A stretch of 64,000 bases of DNA from NCBI GenBank assembly GCA_964016885.1, contig OZ024743.1, positions 233,802,001 to 233,866,000 on the forward strand, in the 5' to 3' direction. The stretch comes from Eledone cirrhosa. Its lineage: Eukaryota. A model generated the notes under the pieces. The model was not told the DNA's origin, did not search any database, and saw only the letters and a list, made by a program, of their open reading frames with translations. A program made the translations under genes and the position numbers. Below, in pieces: positions 55,993-64,000 of the stretch. How positions within the stretch are numbered: the stretch's first letter is position 1; every line of letters starts with the position of its first letter.

Positions 55993-58900
55993 TCACGCCA
56001 CACATAGCCAATGAGTGTCTGCACATGTACCAGTAATTACAGATCGATCCGACCACGGGCGGCCGGCCCGCGATTGAAAAGGTAACTCCGCCGGCAAATC
56101 GTCATTTTTGGATTCGTTTTCTTCGAAGCACACCATTCGCCGGCTGACTTTGTTGATGTTTAACACGGTTTGGTTCCACAGCCACAACTATTGATTTTAC
56201 GGAGATATCTTGCTGAAATTCACGCCACACATAGCCAATGAGTGTCTGCACAGGTACCAGTAATTACAGATCGATCCGACCACGGGCGGCCGGCCCGCTA
56301 TTGAAAAGGTAACTCCGCCGGCAAATCGTCATTTTTGGATTCGTTTTCTTCGAAGCACACCATTCGCCGGCGGACTTTGTTGACGTTTAACACGGTTTGG
56401 TTCCACAGCCACAACTATTGATTTTACGGAGATATCTTGCTGAAATTCACGCCACACAGCCAATGAGTGTCTGCACATGTACCAGTAATTACAGATCGAT
56501 CCGACCACGGGCGGCCGGCCCGCGATTGAAAAGGTAACTCCGCCGGCAAATCGTCATTTTTGGATTCGTTTTCTTCGAAGCACACCATTCGCCGGCGGAC
56601 TTTGTTGACGTTTAACACGGTTTGGTTCCACAGCCACAACTATTGATTTTACGGAGATATCTTGCTGAAATTCACGCCACACATAGCCAATGAGTCTCTG
56701 CACATGTACCAGTAATTACAGATCGATCCGACCACGGGCGGTCGGTTTGCGATTGAAAAGGTAACTCCGCCGGCAAATCGTCATTTTTGGATTCGTTTTC
56801 TTCGAAGCACACCATTCGCCGGCGGACTTTGTTGACGTTTAACACGGTTTGGTTCCACAGCCACAACTATTGATTTTACGGAGATATCTTCCTGAAATTC
56901 ACGCCACACATAGCCAATGAGTGTCTGCACATGTACCAGTAATTACAGATCGATCCGACCACGGGCGGCCGGTTTGCGATTGAAAAGGTAACTCCGCCGG
57001 CAAATCGTCATTTTTGGATTCGTTTTCTTCGAAGCACACCATTCGCCGGCGGACTTTGTTGACGTTTAACACGGTTTGGTTCCACAGCCACAACTATTGA
57101 TTTTACGGAGATATCTTGCTGAAATTCACGCCACACATAGCCAATGAGTGTCTGCACATGTACCAGTAATTACAGATCGATCCGACCACGGGCGGCCGGC
57201 CCGCGATTGAAAAGGTAACTCCGCCGGCAAATCGTCATTTTTGGATTCGTTTTCTTCGAAGCACACCATTCGCCGGCGGACTTTGTTGACGTTTAACACG
57301 GTTTGGTTCCACAGCCACAACTATTGATTTTACGGAGATATCTTGCTGAAATTCACGCCACACATAGCCAATGAGTGTCTGCACATGTACCAGTAATTAC
57401 AGATCGATCCGACCACGGGCGGCCGGCCCGCGATTGAAAAGGTAACTCCGCCGGCAAATCGTCATTTTTGGATTCGTTTTCTTCGAAGCACACCATTCGC
57501 CGGCGGACTTTGTTGACGTTTAACACGGTTTGGTTCCACAGCCACAACTATTGATTTTACGGAGATATCTTGCTGAAATTCACGCCACACATAGCCAATG
57601 AGTGTCTGCACATGTACCAGTAATTACAGATCGATCCGACCACGGGCGGCCGGCCCGCGATTGAAAAGGTAACTCCGCCGGCAAATCGTCATTTTTGGAT
57701 TCGTTTTCTTCGAAGCACACCATTCGCCGGCGGACTTTGTTGACGTTTAACACGGTTTGGTTCCACAGCCACAACTATTGATTTTACGGAGATATCTTGC
57801 TGAAATTCACGCCACACATAGCCAATGAGTGTCTGCACATGTACCAGTAATTACAGATCGATCCGACCACGGGCGGCCGGCCCGCGATTGAAAAGGTAAC
57901 TCCGCCGGCAAATCGTCATTTTTGGATTCGTTTTCTTCGAAGCACACCATTCGCCGGCGGACTTTGTTGACGTTTAACACGGTTTGGTTCCACAGCCACA
58001 ACTATTGATTTTACGGAGATATCTTGCTGAAATTCACGCCACACATAGCCAATGAGTGTCTGCACATGTACCAGTAATTACAGATCGATCCGACCACGGG
58101 CGGCCGGCCCGCGATTGAAAAGGTAACTCCGCCGGCAAATCGTCATTTTTGGATTCGTTTTCTTCGAAGCACACCATTCGCCGGCGGACTTTGTTGACGT
58201 TTAACACGGTTTGGTTCCACAGCCACAACTATTGATTTTACGGAGATATCTTGCTGAAATTCACGCCACACATAGCCAATGAGTGTCTGCACATGTACCA
58301 GTAATTACAGATCGATCCGACCACGGGCGGCCGGCCCGCGATTGAAAAGGTAACTCCGCCGGCAAATCGTCATTTTTGGATTCGTTTTCTTCGAAGCACA
58401 CCATTCGCCGGCGGACTTTGTTGACGTTTAACACGGTTTGGTTCCACAGCCACAACTATTGATTTTACGGAGATATCTTGCTGAAATTCACGCCACACAT
58501 AGCCAATGAGTGTCTGCACATGTACAAGTAATTACAGATCGATCCGACCACGGGCGGCCGGCCCGCGATTGAAAAGGTAACTCCGCCGGCAAATCGTCAT
58601 TTTTGGATTCGTTTTCTTCGAAGCACACCATTCGCCGGCGGACTTTGTTGACGTTTAACACGGTTTGGTTCCACAGCCACAACTATTGATTTTACGGAGA
58701 TATCTTGCTGAAATTCACGCCACACATAGCCAATGAGTGTCTGCACATGTACCAGTAATTACAGATCGATCCGACCACGGGCGGCCGGCCCGCGATTGAA
58801 AAGGTAACTCCGCCGGCAAATCGTCATTTTTGGATTCGTTTTCTTCGAAGCACACCATTCGCCGGCTGACTTTGTTGATGTTTAACACGGTTTGGTTCCA

Positions 58901-61900
58901 CAGCCACAACTATTGATTTTACGGAGATATCTTGCTGAAATTCACGCCACACATAGCCAATGAGTGTCTGCACAGGTACCAGTAATTACAGATCGATCCG
59001 ACCACGGGCGGCCGGCCCGCTATTGAAAAGGTAACTCCGCCGGCAAATCGTCATTTTTGGATTCGTTTTCTTCGAAGCACACCATTCGCCGGCGGACTTT
59101 GTTGACGTTTAACACGGTTTGGTTCCACAGCCACAACTATTGATTTTACGGAGATATCTTGCTGAAATTCACGCCACACATAGCCAATGAGTGTCTGCAC
59201 ATGTACCAGTAATTACAGATCGATCCGACCACGGGCGGTCGGTTTGCGATTGAAAAGGTAACTCCGCCGGCAAATCGTCATTTTTGGATTCGTTTTCTTC
59301 GAAGCACACCATTCGCCGGCTGACTTTGTTGACGTTTAACACGGTTTGGTTCCACAGCCACAACTATTGATTTTACGGAGATATCTTGCTGAAATTCACG
59401 CCACACATAGCCAATGAGTGTCTGCACATGTACCAGTAATTACAGATCGATCCGACCACGGGCGGTCGGTTTGCGATTGAAAAGGTAACTCCGCCGGCAA
59501 ATCGTCATTTTTGGATTCGTTTTCTTCGAAGCACACCATTCGCCGGCGGACTTTGTTGACGTTTAACACGGTTTGGTTCCACAGCCACAACTATTGATTT
59601 TACGGAGATATCTTGCTGAAATTCACGCCACACATAGCCAATGAGTGTCTGCACATGTACCAGTAATTACAGATCGATCCGACCACGGGCGGCCGGCCCG
59701 CGATTGAAAAGGTAACTCCGCCGGCAAATCGTCATTTTTGGATTCGTTTTCTTCGAAGCACACCATTCTCCGGCTGACTTTGTTGATGTTTAACACGGTT
59801 TGGTTCCACAGCCACAACTATTGATTTTACGGAGATATCTTGCTGAAATTCACGCCACACATAGCCAATGAGTGTCTGCACAGGTACCAGTAATTACAGA
59901 TCGATCCGACCACGGGCGGCCGGCCCGCTATTGAAAAGGTAACTCCGCCGGCAAATCGTCATTTTTGGATTCGTTTTCTTCGAAGCACACCATTCGCCGG
60001 CGGACTTTGTTGACGTTTAACACGGTTTGGTTCCACAGCCACAACTATTGATTTTACGGAGATATCTTGCTGAAATTCACGCCACACATAGCCAATGAGT
60101 CTCTGCACATGTACCAGTAATTACAGATCGATCCGACCACGGGCGGTCGGTTTGCGATTGAAAAGGTAACTCCGCCGGCAAATCGTCATTTTTGGATTCG
60201 TTTTCTTCGAAGCACACCATTCGCCGGCGGACTTTGTTGACGTTTAACACGGTTTGGTTCCACAGCCACAACTATTGATTTTACGGAGATATCTTCCTGA
60301 AATTCACGCCACACATAGCCAATGAGTGTCTGCACATGTACCAGTAATTACAGATCGATCCGACCACGGGCGGCCGGTTTGCGATTGAAAAGGTAACTCC
60401 GCCGGCAAATCGTCATTTTTGGATTCGTTTTCTTCGAAGCACACCATTCGCCGGCGGACTTTGTTGACGTTTAACACGGTTTGGTTCCACAGCCACAACT
60501 ATTGATTTTACGGAGATATCTTGCTGAAATTCACGCCACACATAGCCAATGAGTGTCTGCACATGTACCAGTAATTACAGATCGATCCGACCACGGGCGG
60601 CCGGCCCGCGATTGAAAAGGTAACTCCGCCGGCAAATCGTCATTTTTGGATTCGTTTTCTTCGAAGCACACCATTCGCCGGCGGACTTTGTTGACGTTTA
60701 ACACGGTTTGGTTCCACAGCCACAACTATTGATTTTACGGAGATATCTTGCTGAAATTCACGCCACACATAGCCAATGAGTGTCTGCACATGTACCAGTA
60801 ATTACAGATCGATCCGACCACGGGCGGCCGGCCCGCGATTGAAAAGGTAACTCCGCCGGCAAATCGTCATTTTTGGATTCGTTTTCTTCGAAGCACACCA
60901 TTCGCCGGCGGACTTTGTTGACGTTTAACACGGTTTGGTTCCACAGCCACAACTATTGATTTTACGGAGATATCTTGCTGAAATTCACGCCACACATAGC
61001 CAATGAGTGTCTGCACATGTACCAGTAATTACAGATCGATCCGACCACGGGCGGCCGGCCCGCGATTGAAAAGGTAACTCCGCCGGCAAATCGTCATTTT
61101 TGGATTCGTTTTCTTCGAAGCACACCATTCGCCGGCGGACTTTGTTGACGTTTAACACGGTTTGGTTCCACAGCCACAACTATTGATTTTACGGAGATAT
61201 CTTGCTGAAATTCACGCCACACATAGCCAATGAGTGTCTGCACATGTACCAGTAATTACAGATCGATCCGACCACGGGCGGCCGGCCCGCGATTGAAAAG
61301 GTAACTCCGCCGGCAAATCGTCATTTTTGGATTCGTTTTCTTCGAAGCACACCATTCGCCGGCTGACTTTGTTGATGTTTAACACGGTTTGGTTCCACAG
61401 CCACAACTATTGATTTTACGGAGATATCTTGCTGAAATTCACGCCACACATAGCCAATGAGTGTCTGCACAGGTACCAGTAATTACAGATCGATCCGACC
61501 ACGGGCGGCCGGCCCGCTATTGAAAAGGTAACTCCGCCGGCAAATCGTCATTTTTGGATTCGTTTTCTTCGAAGCACACCATTCGCCGGCGGACTTTGTT
61601 GACGTTTAACACGGTTTGGTTCCACAGCCACAACTATTGATTTTACGGAGATATCTTGCTGAAATTCACGCCACACAGCCAATGAGTGTCTGCACATGTA
61701 CCAGTAATTACAGATCGATCCGACCACGGGCGGCCGGCCCGCGATTGAAAAGGTAACTCCGCCGGCAAATCGTCATTTTTGGATTCGTTTTCTTCGAAGC
61801 ACACCATTCGCCGGCGGACTTTGTTGACGTTTAACACGGTTTGGTTCCACAGCCACAACTATTGATTTTACGGAGATATCTTGCTGAAATTCACGCCACA

Positions 61901-64000
61901 CATAGCCAATGAGTCTCTGCACATCTACCAGTAATTACAGATCGATCCGACCACGGGCGGTCGGTTTGCGATTGAAAAGGTAACTCCGCCGGCAAATCGT
62001 CATTTTTGGATTCGTTTTCTTCGAAGCACACCATTCGCCGGCGGACTTTGTTGACGTTTAACACGGTTTGGTTCCACAGCCACAACTATTGATTTTACGG
62101 AGATATCTTCCTGAAATTCACGCCACACATAGCCAATGAGTGTCTGCACATGTACCAGTAATTACAGATCGATCCGACCACGGGCGGCCGGTTTGCGATT
62201 GAAAAGGTAACTCCGCCGGCAAATCGTCATTTTTGGATTCGTTTTCTTCGAAGCACACCATTCGCCGGCGGACTTTGTTGACGTTTAACACGGTTTGGTT
62301 CCACAGCCACAACTATTGATTTTACGGAGATATCTTGCTGAAATTCACGCCACACATAGCCAATGAGTGTCTGCACATGTACCAGTAATTACAGATCGAT
62401 CCGACCACGGGCGGCCGGCCCGCGATTGAAAAGGTAACTCCGCCGGCAAATCGTCATTTTTGGATTCGTTTTCTTCGAAGCACACCATTCGCCGGCGGAC
62501 TTTGTTGACGTTTAACACGGTTTGGTTCCACAGCCACAACTATTGATTTTACGGAGATATCTTGCTGAAATTCACGCCACACATAGCCAATGAGTGTCTG
62601 CACATGTACCAGTAATTACAGATCGATCCGACCACGGGCGGCCGGCCCGCGATTGAAAAGGTAACTCCGCCGGCAAATCGTCATTTTTGGATTCGTTTTC
62701 TTCGAAGCACACCATTCGCCGGCGGACTTTGTTGACGTTTAACACGGTTTGGTTCCACAGCCACAACTATTGATTTTACGGAGATATCTTGCTGAAATTC
62801 ACGCCACACATAGCCAATGAGTGTCTGCACATGTACCAGTAATTACAGATCGATCCGACCACGGGCGGCCGGCCCGCGATTGAAAAGGTAACTCCGCCGG
62901 CAAATCGTCATTTTTGGATTCGTTTTCTTCGAAGCACACCATTCGCCGGCGGACTTTGTTGACGTTTAACACGGTTTGGTTCCACAGCCACAACTATTGA
63001 TTTTACGGAGATATCTTGCTGAAATTCACGCCACACATAGCCAATGAGTCTCTGCACATGTACCAGTAATTACAGATCGATCCGACCACGGGCGGTCGGT
63101 TTGCGATTGAAAAGGTAACTCCGCCGGCAAATCGTCATTTTTGGATTCGTTTTCTTCGAAGCACACCATTCGCCGGCGGACTTTGTTGACGTTTAAGACG
63201 GTTTGGTTCCACAGCCACAACTATTGATTTTACGGAGATATCTTCCTGAAATTCACGCCACACATAGCCAATGAGTGTCTGCACATGTACCAGTAATTAC
63301 AGATCGATCCGACCACGGGCGGCCGGCCCGCGATTGAAAAGGTAACTCCGCCGGCAAATCGTCATTTTTGGATTCGTTTTCTTCGAAGCACACCATTCGC
63401 CGGCGGACTTTGTTGACGTTTAACACGGTTTGGTTCCACAGCCACAACTATTGATTTTACGGAGATATCTTGCTGAAATTCACGCCACACATAGCCAATG
63501 AGTGTCTGCACATGTACCAGTAATTACAGATCGATCCGACCACGGGCGGCCGGCCCGCGATTGAAAAGGTAACTCCGCCGGCAAATCGTCATTTTTGGAT
63601 TCGTTTTCTTCGAAGCACACCATTCGCCGGCGGACTTTGTTGACGTTTAACACGGTTTGGTTCCACAGCCACAACTATTGATTTTACGGAGATATCTTGC
63701 TGAAATTCACGCCACACATAGCCAATGAGTGTCTTCACATGTACCAGTAATTACAGATCGATCCGACCACGGGCGGCCGGCCCGCGATTGAAAAGGTAAC
63801 TCCGCCGGCAAATCGTCATTTTTGGATTCGTTTTCTTCGAAGCACACCATTCGCCGGCGGACTTTGTTGACGTTTAACACGGTTTGGTTCCACAGCCACA
63901 ACTATTGATTTTACGGAGATATCTTGCTGAAATTCACGCCACACATAGCCAATGAGTCTCTGCACATGTACCATTAATTACAGATCGATCCGACCACGGG

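Larger units (their letters stand above)
1..64000. repeat. Tandem array of a 227-bp monomer (satellite-like), 281 complete copies plus two partial copies, single orientation
   Basis: The same unit recurs every 227 bp (ORF track starts 162, 389, 616 ... 63707). The cumulative phase shift of -15 bp over 280 periods is exactly explained by seven 2-bp deletions and one 1-bp deletion. No non-repeat sequence was seen. Confidence 0.99.

Noticed and set aside
162-63901. ~260 copies of a 64-aa minus-strand ORF (MWLWNQ...) as a tandem protein-coding gene family
   Set aside because: The start codon is TTG and only 32 bp separate copies. There is no recognisable domain and most variants are non-synonymous. 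About 19 units carry in-frame stops and eight carry frameshifting deletions that are propagated by duplication. This is best explained as a chance ORF in a repeat.
1-64000. CRISPR array
   Set aside because: There are no unique spacers: the whole 227 bp is repeated. No cas genes are present.
1-64000. Purely artefactual concatemer (rolling-circle amplification or assembly loop)
   Set aside because: The hierarchically shared variants, regional domains and chimeric junction units fit a genuinely evolved array rather than repeated copies of one template.

Overview
The whole 64 kb window is one uninterrupted head-to-tail tandem array of a 227-bp monomer (about 49% GC, 19 CpG per consensus unit by hand count). 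It has 281 complete units from 162 to 63933 plus partial units at both edges, so the array extends beyond the window. I see no inversions, insertions or unique sequence. Units differ at about 30 sites; seven units are 225 bp and one is 226 bp. The pattern fits a eukaryotic satellite (possibly centromeric or pericentromeric) or a tandem small-RNA gene array. The ~260 near-identical 64-aa ORFs are a by-product of the repeat, not supported genes. Shared variants reveal nested higher-order duplications (4-, 5-, 7-, 10-, 11-13-, 19- and 37-mers), regional variant domains and a mappable crossover. The most intriguing signal is an apparently invariant ~63-bp core in every unit. It carries a splice-donor-like AAG|GTAAC followed by an Sm-site-like ATTTTTGG, the motif order of spliced-leader (SL) RNA genes. 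That reading is a hypothesis and is not established. The organism cannot be identified from the sequence alone.
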